Assembly (NCBI RefSeq): GCF_963676685.1
Contig: NC_092347.1
Coordinates: forward strand, 70,804,001-70,868,000
Reading direction: 5' to 3'
Source: Mytilus edulis
Lineage: Eukaryota
Length of the DNA stretch: 64,000 bases
Shown: positions 13,201-25,635 of the stretch, one piece after another
Position numbering within the stretch: the first letter of the stretch is position 1
Layout: each line of letters starts with the position of its first letter
Notes under the pieces: model-generated
What the model was told of the DNA's origin: nothing
Database searches by the model: none
The model's input: the letters and a program-made list of their open reading frames with translations, nothing else
Translations under genes and position numbers: made by a program

Positions 13201-16200
13201 ATCAAAAGCCTTTCTTGTGTCAAGGGTAGCCAAATGAAGATTTTTTTTCATTTGTTTTGAGTTTATTTGTGCTTCTGATATCAGAAGAGCAGCCATGAAT
13301 GGGGATAAACATTGTGTGAAGCCAAATTGTTGAGATGGATGATTTTTCAGTTTTTCCATAATTTTATTTAGTAGAGAGTGTTCAAAGGTTTTTCCTAATA
13401 TTGAGGAGACAGTAATACCTTTCGAAAAACTAAGGATTTTCTTACCCCAGGAGTAGATTACCTTAACCGTATTTGGCACAACTTTTGGGAATTTATGGTC
13501 CTCAATGCTCTTCAACTTTGTATTTGTTTGGCTTTTTAACTATTTTGATCTGAGCGTCACTGATGCGTCTTATGTAGACGAAACGCGCGTCTGGCGTATA
13601 AAATTATAATCCTGGTACTTTTGATAACTATTATAACTGTCAAGTAGACTACAATCTTTTCCCTTTTTACAGACGGGAGTAATAATTCCGGATTTAAATT
13701 GTTCAGGTATTCTCCTTTCTTTAATTATTCGGTCAAAAATAAGTTTCAGTATTGGCGTAACTTCTGTACCTGCCAATTTCAGATGTTCCGCAAATAGCCC
13801 ATATTCATCACCAGCTTCATGATTTAAATTTCAAATAGCTGTGCGAGCTCCAGTTAGATCTTTCAGCGGAGTTGACACATTTGTAAATAATCTTCATCGT
13901 ATTGATCACAATTTTGAGGAGTTGCTGATTGTTTATAGTATTTTGTAAAAACTTCATTTTGATGTGCCGGGCAGCGTATTTCCTGATTTTCATGTAGAAT
14001 GACCGGGGTATTTGAATTTGCTGTATTTAAATTTCTTTTAATAAGTTTTTAGAAAGTTTTTGTTGACGGATTTTGCTCAAGTTGATGGTAAAAGTTTTCC
14101 TTTTCTATTGCCCTTTCTTTACGTAGGATTTTTCTGGCATTGTATTTTGCTTGCTTTAGTTCAACATAAGACTGATCATTTCCTCTTTGACGGTCTTTTA
14201 GATCCCATACTTTGTGTTTTTGCTTGCTTATTTTGAGAAGCTCCTTTGCTTCAGGTGACACTTTTAATTTAGGCCCATTTAACTTAATGATTCTAGAAGG
14301 GATTGGAAGTTTTTCCGCCTTCTTTAAACATACTGTTAGGAAACCAACGAATTCTGTTGTTGTTAAGTCATTTTGAAAATGTTCTGATAGTAGTGCATTC
14401 AGTTTAATTTTCTATTGACTTATATTACCTCTGTCCCATTCAATTTTGTATTTAACTGTTTACTGATTTTTTGACTGAATTTTAAATGTTGTTAATTTTG
14501 CAGCTAGGTTGCACAGAACTTGTACATGTGTTGACAAGTTTGAATATGACATATCAATGATAGTTATTTTATCAATTATGTCCTCATTTGTGGCCAGAAT
14601 GTAGTCAATCTGAGATGTTGCTTTGCCATTATGGTGGAAAAAGGTGTCTTTTGACGAGTTAGTTTTGTTTATCCAATTTTGATTAATTGTAAAAGTCTGT
14701 AGAATTTTGTCATGATGATTTGTCGTAGAGGATTTTAATGTCCCATGTAAATCATCGCAGAGAACTGTTGTTAAATCCGAATATTTTTCTTTAATGTGAG
14801 TGATGATGTCTAAAAATTCTCTGTATTTAACCTCGGATTTCGAATTTGTTGTAGGCATACAAGTGTTGTTAAAGCAGATATTTTGATTGTTGAGCACTAT
14901 CTGGATTGCCATAATTCTGGTATTTCCGTCTGAAAATTTTTGTATGAATTTATTCATTGACTGTGGCAACATAATTGCAGTCTCAGCCTGTCCACGTGGA
15001 GATTTAAAGTTGAGAATAGGATCATCGTCGTTATGGGAACGGATTAATACGGTGTACAGAGGAAAGTGTTTTTGTAAAAAGTCCTTTTCGAAACCCCAAA
15101 GCAAGTGTTCTTGTAAGTAGATAATTAGTGAAGGATCTTTTGCCAAATATTTTAGATGGTTGATGTTTTTTTTCACTCCCTCCACATTAAAAGTTAGTAG
15201 TTTTTTTCCCTGGTGAAAGTCAAATTGTCTTTGGTAATGTTGGGAGCTTTTTCCCGAGGCGGAAGGTATAAAAATGATGATTTCCTTGATCAGATCGGCC
15301 ATTTGTATTTCTTTCCTGATTGTTATCTGTGTCTGAAGGTAAGTTTTCTTCGGTTGAGCAATGATCATGATTTTCATTGCAGAACCAATTGTTCGTTGTG
15401 TGTAGATTATCATCCGTGTTTAAAGGAGTGACTGGTGAAATATAATGTTTATTCAATTCTTGACCAGACTCAGGATTCTGTAATTCAGTGGTTGTCGTTT
15501 GTTTATGTGTTACATATTTGTTTTTCGTTCATTTTTTTTTACATAAATAAGGCGGTTAGTTTTCTCGTTTAAATTGTTTTACATTGTCTTATCGGGCCTT
15601 TTATAGCTGACTATGCGGTATGGGCTTTGCTCATTGTTGAAGGCCGTACGGTGACCTATAGTTGTTAATGTCTGTGTCATTTTTGTCTTTTGTGGATAGT
15701 TGTCTCATTGGCAATCATACCACATCTTCTTTTTTATGTTGTCTTCTGTGCACGATTTTATTATTTTTTTGACTCGTATCGTATAATCGTAAAAAATATA
15801 TTCTCGTGGTCTATTATGATGTGACAACATGGCAGCTAATTAAAATTGTCGTGTTTTTAAGCAAAAGTTAACCAATTGTCACCTTAGTAAACAATTAACA
15901 AAGAAGCATGGATATTAAGCACGTGTATAACATGTACAATAAGATAATACTTTATTTCAATGACAGATCTATGCGTATTGCGATCATCGGAATTTTATGA
16001 GAAAGGTAACACTGAGTTCACTGCATACGGAAAATACATCGGCGAATTGTTAACTGGAAGCAAACAATTAAAAAATGTGAAAATCTTCTAAACTTACAGA
16101 TTATGGTTTTTTTTTAGTAAAAGGTACATGAACATTAGTTTTATGATAAGAACTAGCCATTAAAAGAGGGACGAAAGATACCAAAGGGACATTAAGTTAT

Positions 16201-18534
16201 ACAAAAAAAAATTTGCATTATTACTTTTTTTAATTTGAAGTTTGATATGACTTTTATGGCAAAACATGACTACAGCTTAACTTTTTGATATTTTTTAATG
16301 ATTTACGGGATCTCTGAATTCATTGTATATTTTACACCCGAAAAACAATAGAAGAAAAAATACGAAATAAATTATATGAAACAAAACCTAGAAGCAAAAA
16401 CGATAAAAAAATATATTAAAAACCTTTTTAATTTCCTTATATGTATACTATATTTGTAAATAATTCTCAATATCAGTAATTTTAACAATATATCTTTAAA
16501 ATGTCCATGCTAATTGTTACTTCTTATATAACGGTGTATACCACATACATTGAAGGCGACGATCGGTCTGTACCATACACTAGTTATTATTATTTTGATT
16601 TCTCGGGTTGCTGAGAGTTTCATATTAAAAAAAACCCATGATAGTCTATATGTATAATATTTACCTGATTTCATTGGCGAACAGAGAATAACATCGGTTT
16701 CACGTGAATTGAAATTCAAAAGTGAGTCCATAAAATTATGTACATCCTTTACTATAGGTGGCATAGGTGGTAGTGTAATACTTTTGTATTCAATGAATGG
16801 AAAAAATGGCCCTCCTATCCTTCAAACAAAGACAACGAAATATAACCTGCTATATTAGAAGTTTTGCGAAGGATTTATTGAATTCAGATTTTCCTTGTGA
16901 TTATGTACAAATTAACTGGTTATAAACCTTCGAATTTTTCGAAATGTTAAGGATTTTCTTCTGCCTTGGGTGTATTTAATCAAATTTTTCGGAAATTTGA
17001 TTCATGCATGCTCTTTAACTGCGCACTTAGTTTGGTCTCGTTTAATGTTTTCAATCGAGTGTCACTGATGATTATTTGTAGCTGAAATGCGCTTCAGGCG
17101 TTGAAAAATTTAATTTTGGTATCTTTGATGAGTATACTTTCGATTGAGAAGGAAAAGGATATTGACGAGCTCCAAAACTTTTGATATTGGTGTAATGATA
17201 TTATAGACGATGGGTAATAATTGAGCACAAATACTAGCTGACTTGTATTTGTAGTCATATACGATGTTCGGGTGTCTCAATACACTAGATACATTACATA
17301 TGTCATATTCTATTGCGGCATTTTAATGAGTGTGAAATAGCATGTCGAATGATGCATGCATAGCAGTATACGCTCACCCTGTCGTCTCACCGGTCACACT
17401 CTGCTTAAAGTTCATTCAATCCCTTCAAATTCTTGAAAAAAGACAAAGAACAGTCAAATGACAGTGCTTTGACAGGAGAAGCGTCTCCTGCTATATTTGA
17501 CTCACTAGTCATGGACAGATCTGCTTCAGTCCATTTCAAGCTGTAGCCGAAGTCATCTAATTCGGATAATGTTCTTTGATTTGATGATTGGTTACTTATT
17601 GCGCAACCCAATGTTTTTTTCAGTAAAGGCTGCGAAAGAGCTATATGTGTGATGATCGGGTTTCTCCAAATATGGTGGAAGCACTGAATTAAGATTTTGC
17701 CAAACAACTTATTTTCAAGAAAGTCAGGACATATATCGAATAACAGTTCTGTCATCCAAATCATTTCGAGAAATAAAAGATAATTGTCGAGTTATGTGCT
17801 TGTTTGTTTTGGATTATTTATACATTTTTTTTTAATTCAGTAATTATCATAAATTAATGTAAACTGCTCTGGTATTTAGAGATTTAAATATTTTCATTCT
17901 ATATAATAATTTCAGGCATTTTGTAAAATACTTTTCAATTTTTCGTTACAAAATGCCTAAAAAAAATATTCATTATGTAAAATGATTGAATCTTACAGGC
18001 ATTTTAGAAAATGCCGAAAGATTTCATGCATTTTACAAAATGCCTAAATTTAGAAAATGCCTGTAACATATCTATACACTCAGCAGTTAAATGTATTATC
18101 CCTATTATCTTAATTCAGAGTTCAAAATTGACAACATTTTACAACATGTGAACAAGAAAATGAATTTGGCGCATATAATACAATGTTGATCCCTGTACCC
18201 AAATTTTCGATATTTTACCTATCATGCCCGTTTGGTTTGTTGTCGTTATAATAGAATTTATGCAACTGTCATACAATTAGATGGTATAGAAAGCTATAAA
18301 CCCAGGTTCAATCTACAACATATGTAAATCTATACCGAGTCAGGAATGTGACAGTTGTTATCCATTCGTTTGATATGTTTGATTTTTTGAATGAGCCATT
18401 TGATTAAGGACTGGTCGTTTTAAATCCTCAGAGCTAAGTAGTTTTGTTATATTACTTGTTTTACATCATCTGCTATCAATTTTGAAATTATGAAAATTAA
18501 AAGCATTTATTTACCTTTTTTCAATCTCCGCCAT
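4110..18534 (-). CDS. Cytosolic sulfotransferase (SULT1-like), copy C, intact, 296 aa, 6 coding exons
   Basis: Exons 18534-18515, 16819-16665, 9061-8741, 6844-6741, 5464-5296 and 4231-4110 (891 nt). All introns GT-AG, frame open. Motifs PMKSGTHW, HTHLP, YLNRNPKDRAVSQY, RKGIIGDWENWFTVEQNE. An extra in-frame ATG lies immediately upstream (18537). Confidence 0.92.
4455..4825 (+). repeat. SINE-like interspersed repeat (diverged copy)
   Basis: Similar to copies at 15469-15737, 33560-33955, 52790-53190 and 62460-63000. Confidence 0.6.
5296..5464 (-). CDS. SULT copy C exon 5
   Basis: ATISTLLEMASFLG..IADKCAFENLK..STLWRKG|gtaaaa; 169 nt. Confidence 0.9.
6741..6844 (-). CDS. SULT copy C exon 4
   Basis: DNIYGGWFTFTKQFEKAIVEKRGSILPVTFEKLKI; 104 nt. 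Confidence 0.88.
8741..9061 (-). CDS. SULT copy C exon 3
   Basis: GTHWVHEIVSML..PRFFHTHLP..IIYLNRNPKDRAVSQY; 321 nt. Confidence 0.93.
12827..13165 (-). repeat. Young repeat insertion (family of 1-706) interrupting the LINE RT
   Basis: Removing it restores ..LLDKL|FQRDIP..; AATA is duplicated at the junctions. Confidence 0.8.
13420..13631 (+). mobile_element. Retrozyme-like fragment with hammerhead motif (13552-13598; CTGATGA mutated to CTGATGC) inserted in the LINE RT
   Basis: gagcgtca-CTGATGc-gtct.tatgt.agac-GAAA-cgcgcg-TC-tggcgt. Splits ..LLDSY|GITVSS.. of the LINE. Confidence 0.8.
15469..15737 (+). repeat. SINE-like interspersed repeat
   Basis: ..GCGGTATGGGCTTTGCTCATTGTTGAAGGCCGTACGGTGACCTATAG..GGCAATCATACCACATCTTCTTTTTTAT; multiple copies in the window. 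Confidence 0.75.
16665..16819 (-). CDS. SULT copy C exon 2
   Basis: IGGPFFPFIEYKSITLPPM..NFNSRETDVILCSPMKSG; 155 nt. Confidence 0.9.
16925..17135 (+). mobile_element. Degenerate retrozyme-like fragment
   Basis: gagtgtcaCTGATGAttatttgtagctGAAAtgcgcttcaggcgt plus flanks homologous to the family. Confidence 0.6.
18515..18534 (-). CDS. SULT copy C exon 1 (MAEIEK-R)
   Basis: ATGGCGGAGATTGAAAAAAG|gtaaat; paralogous to copy A exon 1. Confidence 0.75.
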
Positions 18535-20129
18535 CATATACATGATATATGTGATACAAGATTAATTCTAGCAACACACTTGTACACAATAAAGTGTCAC
18601 GTGATTAGCATGTGATTTTGATAACTTGAGGGAAAACACATCTGATCATTTAGTTTAATGATATCCGTTACTTTTAAAATGACACGGTCGAAAGTACAAA
18701 AGCAAATTAGTCTTCGAAAATGCATTGAAGTATAACACTAGGATAATATGTGCAGTAAATATGTTTCAAATATGATTATGTTTATGTCATGCATGCACAA
18801 AAGCATCAAGTTTATAGAAAAGTTAAGTGTATACCTTTTATCATGAAAAGTATAACACTTTAGTCCTTTTTCACGCAATAATGTGGATAAAATGTATAGA
18901 TAGAAAGTAATACATGGCAAAATCTGTATATTATATGCTTTATTATATATTTCAACAGGAGAAGACATATTAACTGCTTTATGATGCCTAGCACCTCGGA
19001 TTACCTTCAATTCTTCTTTTGTCTTGATTCATAAGCTTTAAAAGAACTGCTTCTAATCACTTGGGTTACCTATTTATATATTTTGTTTGTGTGTTTTGTG
19101 TGGTATTTCATTGAGTTCTTTTTGATAGTTCCATTTCGTGTGCAAGAAAATATAAAAACTCGACGTTTTTAAGTCACATGCCAAACAGTGACGTCATTTG
19201 TTAAATCGCGTCACGCTCAAAAGACCGTTCATTTAGGACCCATTTTGAGGGAAAACATTTCTTGAGAAGCTTGCATAAATTAAAAAGGAATTGATATAAA
19301 AAGGAATAAAATGTAAAGTGGTGTGATTAAGGGTATGACAACGGTGTGCATCAAAGTTGCGCGATGAAGATTAAACAGCAGGCTATTTATCAAATATTCA
19401 AAACTACTGTATTTACTACCAAATATATGATAAAGAATATTATCATATGGCTATTTCAATATCACACCTTTATCAACCCAAAACACAAAATACAACCACG
19501 AGAGCTCTGCTCGCGTGATTATATTTGTTGATGGTTGTGTAATATTGAAAAAGCCATATAGTTGTTAATTTCTGTGTCATTTTTGTCTCTTGTGGTCAGT
19601 TGTCTCATTGGCAATCATACCACATCTTCTTTTTTTTTTTATATATCATGAACATTTAATAATATACCTCAGGTAGATGTTTTTTTTGTGACTTGACGTC
19701 ATACAGATTTGGGGTATGATAAAGCCTTTCTAACATTGACTGACATTGATTACGTGACGCCATACTGGTTATAGGTGAAATAAAGCATTTGCACCCGTAT
19801 CATAAAAGTTGGCAGACCAATATTCTCAATTTGAATTTAACATTAAAAAAGTAGATTTTTTTTCTCCAATAGGATGATGATGATGATAGTGAATGACTAT
19901 TTAACATGTTTTACGTCCAGCGAGTACTGAAATTCATATTCATGATCATTCATGACTGGAACACGATAATGAGATTTAAATAAGACCCTTCACAGTTTAA
20001 CATGTGTAACATCCGGCGATTAATAAAAAATCATAATTACGTTAGAAATACTTTAAGGAGATTTGAATATGAACCCTGCCTTGTAATAGGTAGCACTAAT
20101 TGGTTTTGCATTATAGTCCGATGAATTAT

Positions 20130-20563
20130 TGACAAAAAAAAAAAAAAAAGAAAAACCGCTTTTTTCCACAAACATGTTACGTCTGTATTTCTATGCTTAT
20201 TCAACTATAAACGCTCATTTTAAATTTTAATGCCCTTGTCATTCCATGAATAACTTCGCATTAAAAAAGCAATATCGGAGCATGGCGAATATACATATTT
20301 TGCTAATCATTTCAAATTCTTTTTATGAAATCATTACAATACATGTTTCCAAAATTTCAAAGAAATCAAATCGATAGAAAGAGTATAGTTATCCACATGA
20401 TGAAAAACGGAAACTTCACATAGTTCAAACAGCATTTAAACTCTTGGTGAATTTTATACAATTTGAAAGTTAACATCATATCCCTTCATTTCCCGCTGAT
20501 ACAGTTTTTCGAGCAGTTCATTTTGTTCGACTGTAAACCAGTTTTCCAAATCTCCAATTATCC
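20130..20563 (-). pseudogene. Orphan SULT terminal exon (20563-20454) plus 3' UTR; relic of a fourth copy
   Basis: atcag|GIIGDLENWFTVEQNELLEKLYQREMKGYDVNFQIV*. The exon and its downstream DNA align by eye with copy C 4231-3745. I found no upstream exons between it and copy B. Confidence 0.85.
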
Positions 20564-22929
20564 CTGATATGAAATGAACGAGTATCCAACTTATCAATAT
20601 TTTTATAACTAATATGAGGAAGGCGCTACCTTAAATGCCAGCTTTCAGGGATGATTCCACTATATAGTTTAGGGCCGCTAAACGGCCCTTAAATCGGCCG
20701 GCGGCCCCAACAAATTGTTTGTAAATATAAATTCCCAATTCAGGAAAATAAAACAAAAATCGGTATTTCCGGAAAAGTTTCTGTCACTGATTAGAGCAAC
20801 TATAATTTTTCATAGTTTGTTGTCAAAACGTAGTAAAATCCGGATGAAAATTCTGACTATGATCGCATTTTATTAACAACGATTTAATTATGTCAACATG
20901 AGGTAAACAATTTTAGCGGCCGGATTCAATTGAAGTTAAAATGTTATGGGAGTATTTGGTCTCGTAAAAGTAGATCGCTCAGCAGGTTGATAAAAAATAT
21001 GCTTTTTGTCAACACCGTGTATCATCAGTACACCGGATATATTATAGGTACTAACCAAGCGGGCATGATCGATTTTGACCTTACAAGGTAACGAAGATCT
21101 TTGTTTAACTTTATCAATATTCAATGTACATTTCTCAACATTTGAAATTCCTGCTCCTAAATAATTTTTGCATCGATTGTTTTCCTATTCATAAAACAAC
21201 TTTGATATTCAAATAAGAACAATTAACTTGTTCATGCGCAAATAGTTGTGAAAGTCAACACCCACTTTCAATTTCGATACAGTTGTTGAGAAATTTACAT
21301 GTTTTATCTGACAGAAACCTAATACAGGGCAACAGTAATAGTTACCAATCATAAACCTACCTGTGATTACTCATTCCTTGAAACTGTTTGGGTAATAAAC
21401 GAGTATGAAAATAACGTTTTTGTGTACGGGGTACAACAACTTAACTATGCACCGTACATAAGGATTTATGTGGTCAGCTAAACACCGTACACAACGCTTC
21501 TTTAGGGATAAAATATATGTATGAAAGATTTCAATGCCAAATATTGAAACAGCTATACTTATTACACACACACATTGACCTTCTATCAGAAAAAGAGTTG
21601 CAATGAATATAGAATGATATCAGATGAGACGAGGGCCAACTTCTTTTACAAGTATTTGCACATGCTTTTAGTAATCGTTCTTGTTTTGGGAAAATAATTA
21701 GACATCTCTAATCATCAACCTACGACCAAAAACAACAATTATGTTTAGATTGAAGTACACATTGATATTATGTGAACAAAACGAAGATTTTTCATTACCG
21801 TGTAAGATCAAAATCACTCGTCCGCTTGGTTAGTACCTATATCCGCTGTACGATGATACACGGTGATCAAAATGGGTGTCAAAACAAACCTCGGCAAAGA
21901 GCAAATTCAAATTTTTGATATAACATTGATGAATGAATTATAATGGTAAAAGCAGATCGCCCAGCAGAGCCGGTTATGTAATTTGATTAAAACTTGTTTT
22001 GTAGAAGAAATTAGTTTATATTTTGCTATTTTTTCCGCAAAAGACAAAAGTTTGAGCGTTTTAGAAAATAACGTTGATGATAGACCATTCATGAAATGAA
22101 ACCCCCCTCCCCCTGAAATACGATGTCATCATTATGGAACTGTTTCAAAAGATATGAAAATGATCCAAATAATTTTAAAGTTCACTGGTTCAATTGCTTT
22201 AAATATCTTATCAATTAAAGTATATATATACTTTTGTAATTGCTTTTCTGAATTCGACAATTGGCCAGTTCTATTTAAATACATTTAAATCAAGGTAAGT
22301 TTATAAAGATGATCTGTTGAAAAAATACCCAATGGATGATTTTTTTCACTGGTTAATATGGCAAGCCGTCAAATTGCTATTTAATCTAACTTCAAGATAT
22401 CTCATAAACTTTATAAGATATCTTATATAATAGTTCATTAGAAATTTGATATAGTTTGAAAGATGTCTTATAAAGTTTATAAGATATCTTATATAGTTCA
22501 CGAGATATCTTAAATGATTTATGAGATATATATAATTTTCTTTATCAGATATCTTATAAATCATATAAGATATCTTATAAACTATATAAGATATCTTATT
22601 AAAGTAAATTTGTAAGATATCTTATATAAAGTATATTTATAAGATATCTTATCTAAAGTATATTTGTAAGATATCTTATATAAAGTATATATATGTAAGA
22701 TATATATTTTAAAATCGATATTAGATATCTTCTATATTATATAAGATATCTTTTTTATATAAGATATCTTATAAAAAATATTATTTATGATATCTTATAT
22801 ATTATAAGAAATATTATTAGAGATATCATATATAAATTATAAGATATAAGATATAATTTTCTTAATATGATATCCAATAAATTATATAAGATATCTTATA
22901 CAAAACATATTTATAAGATACTTCATATA

Positions 22930-25635
22930 CAGCCCGTAACAGAGTAGTGATCGAATTCGCGTTTCTTTACCGTCAGAATAAGTTAAGTTATCGACAAAAA
23001 TATTTCATGTCCAACGTGTAAGTTTTCATTGTTTAAGTTTTTTTAACACAGTAAAACATTTTTTATAATCAACCTCTGTCATTGGCATTTTCATTTTAAC
23101 GGTAAAGGATCAAATATACGGGATCTCCGAAATTTCTATCATTTGTTAAGAGGAAATCATTATTCAATCGAACATATGTCTTTGTTCATTGGGGCGATTT
23201 AGAGCTTTTTAGAAGGAGTGAGATTCCACCCTTGTTGAAAGCCTTGTGGAGACCTCTAGATTTTTAAATTCCCTCCATTTTTCTCATGGATGGAGTGTGG
23301 TCTCTCTGTAAATTACCCCATATCTTTTCATTTTTCTATTTACCGAAGGGTCCATGTGAAAATTTCCATTGGATCATATCTGTTAAACTACATGTAAGTA
23401 TACAAAACAGGCTCAAGAAAAGGCGAAATTTCTTTTTCTTTTTTTCTTTTTTTCTTTTTCTAGAAATCCATTTTTTCCCTAATAGAGCACCTTACATTAT
23501 CGTCAATGAGTGCAGGCATGTGAAAAATTATATAATCATACACAAGAAATGTACATGATATAACAAAGAAACTGCCCGGTATCCGACGTTAGAGTTACAC
23601 TTTTTTACTGCACGCGTAGTTGGGTGCGTTCACTACGAGGACACTTGTACCCAACTACGCGTGAAGTATGAGTACAGAATAGTCCCATACAGGACATTTT
23701 CTATGTTATCCTAGTATATTATCCGACAGTTAAGAATAGAATCTGGTCAAATTTTGAAGTTGAACATGTGGGAATTTTTTATTTTTGCCACGGACCATTT
23801 AATTTTTATTGAGGAAGGGGCCTGGTAGTTTTTAGAAAACAATATTCTGACCCTGATATTGACTTAAAAAATCTGCTGCCTCAATATTTTGTCATATGAA
23901 AAAAAAAATTGTCAACAAAATTTTCCTGTATAAACTGTAATAGAAAACAGAGAAAATGTGTCTATGAGACACAGATGCCCCCGCAAAACAGGAAGTAGAC
24001 GAATGACGGACCTGAAAAGGGGAGACGCGGTACAATTCACCTTGATAAAGCTTAATTAAGACCAAATATCAAACCAATCCGACATATACAAGCCGATATA
24101 TAAATGACAAAAATTTTATAGACCGGACGTACAGACGTACAGACAAGGGTAAATCTTAATGACCCGTCGATTAAAGGCGGGGGCACAAAAATCTGACATT
24201 CTGAGATATATAACTATATACCCCCCTTTTTCCCCTCCTGAAAATCAAATGTTTCGTGCCTTAGCAGATGTGTGTTTATATGCACTAAGTTGTTCAATTA
24301 ACGCGGTTAAGAAGAAATGTTTGTGTATTTCGACAAAAATTGGTAAATTAACACCAGATATTCCTTCGTTTGATCGAAAAGTTTTCTTGCTTCAAGCTGA
24401 ATAATTCACACCGTTCTACATGAAAAAAAAAGAAGATTTAAAAACCAAAGTTCCGGCGGGCTTTTTCACGTCATAAATTTCGAGACCTGACAATCCGGGA
24501 CATTAAAATTCCACTCTACCAACAAAAAGATAATCCCAGTTTTATTTCTTGATAAAGGGTCTCTGGTAATAATGATACGAAGTCGGAATTAACTCAGGTT
24601 TTAAGAAAAACATATACGTGTAAGTTCTGGATTTCAAAAGTAAGAATTTTTGACAACATATTTGGCCTTGGATAGTGCCTATGTTCAGAAAAGAAGGTCA
24701 GATGTTAAACTAAGCTGTCTAATGGCAATCGTCTTGGTTGAGGATCGAAGTCGCCGGATTCAACGTTTGAAGGAGACTAATCAAGGGTAATTTCAGCAGA
24801 TATGTCTAGATTTGGCAAGTAGCTTAAAAAAGAACTTTTGCAAAATTTTATTTCAGCGTGGCGACCAAACATTTTCAAGAACTCACTGGAAACGATAAAG
24901 ATTCTATCAAAATTTGGTTCCTATTTAATTAGTTGTTTCATTTACACAAGCACGGTGGACCGTGGAAGTATAAATGCAAAATGTTCACACTTCTTTGTCA
25001 GCTATAGAGTACATTTTTTTTTAGAAATGCAGCGCCTAAAATGAATTAATAGTACTCGATATACAATGCAATCAATTATTCCAAACATTTAACAAGTATT
25101 CATATCTTCAAAATTTCTGTGCATGAAAATACCAAACTGTATACTATTATTGAGAGGACTGCACTTGTTTAATGAAATACATGTTTTTGTTTGTAGCCAA
25201 AACTTCCTAGATCAAAGACATGGGAGTGCGATCCCTTGACACCTGTTTTTAAGCAATGAAAATGTTTCGTTCTAACGATATAGCTTTGATTATACGAATG
25301 TAAAGTTTGGTCTCCCCCACATTTACAGCTTCCCCCAGCCAATCCCAATTTTCGTTCTCGTTCCTATTCTTGCCAATGAAAATCAATGTCAGTTTGCAAT
25401 GCTAAATATAAGTCATAAAAGTACAAGACATAAATTTAGTATGCAAGACTCGCGTTTCTTTTATTTAAGACTCGTCTGTGACGCTCGAATTAAGAACGAA
25501 AGTTTGTCAGCATTGTCAATCTTTTTAACGTTAAAGTACCAATAGTTCGGTCACTACTCAATTAAGTTTGTCGATAACGTAGCTAATTTTGACGGTAAAG
25601 AAACATCAATTCGATCACTTCTCTGTTACGGGCTG
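22930..25635. mobile_element. Tc1/Mariner-like non-autonomous element nested in the above
   Basis: ~65-bp TIRs CAGCCCGTAACAGAG..GTGATCGAATT..TTTACCGTCA, with TA on both flanks. Confidence 0.75.
23945..24192. mobile_element. Short Helentron-type (HINE-like) element
   Basis: ..CACAGATGCCCCCGC, GACG/ACAG microsatellite, terminal ..GGCGGGGGCACAAAAAT. Confidence 0.5.

Larger units (their letters stand above)
10745..15468 (-). mobile_element. Decayed non-LTR retrotransposon (LINE; APE endonuclease + RT + C-terminal Cys/His knuckle) in intron 2 of copy C
   Basis: APE motifs TFNVEG, LQEH, TFFH..SQIDYIL and STH (ORF 14460-15413). RT motifs LDTRKAFDVVNH, GVRQGGILS and CADD. C-terminal CPIC..ENLTHFITRC. 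3' end is a small hairpin plus an (AAG)n tail at ~10745-10795. Many frameshifts; clade (RTEX/Proto2/L2-like) uncertain. Confidence 0.88.

Noticed and set aside
22346-22920. ORF with RYL repeats and a regular repeat array (CRISPR-like at first sight)
   Set aside because: It is a degenerate AGATATCTTATA minisatellite in a TIR element; there are no unique spacers and no cas genes, and the context is eukaryotic.
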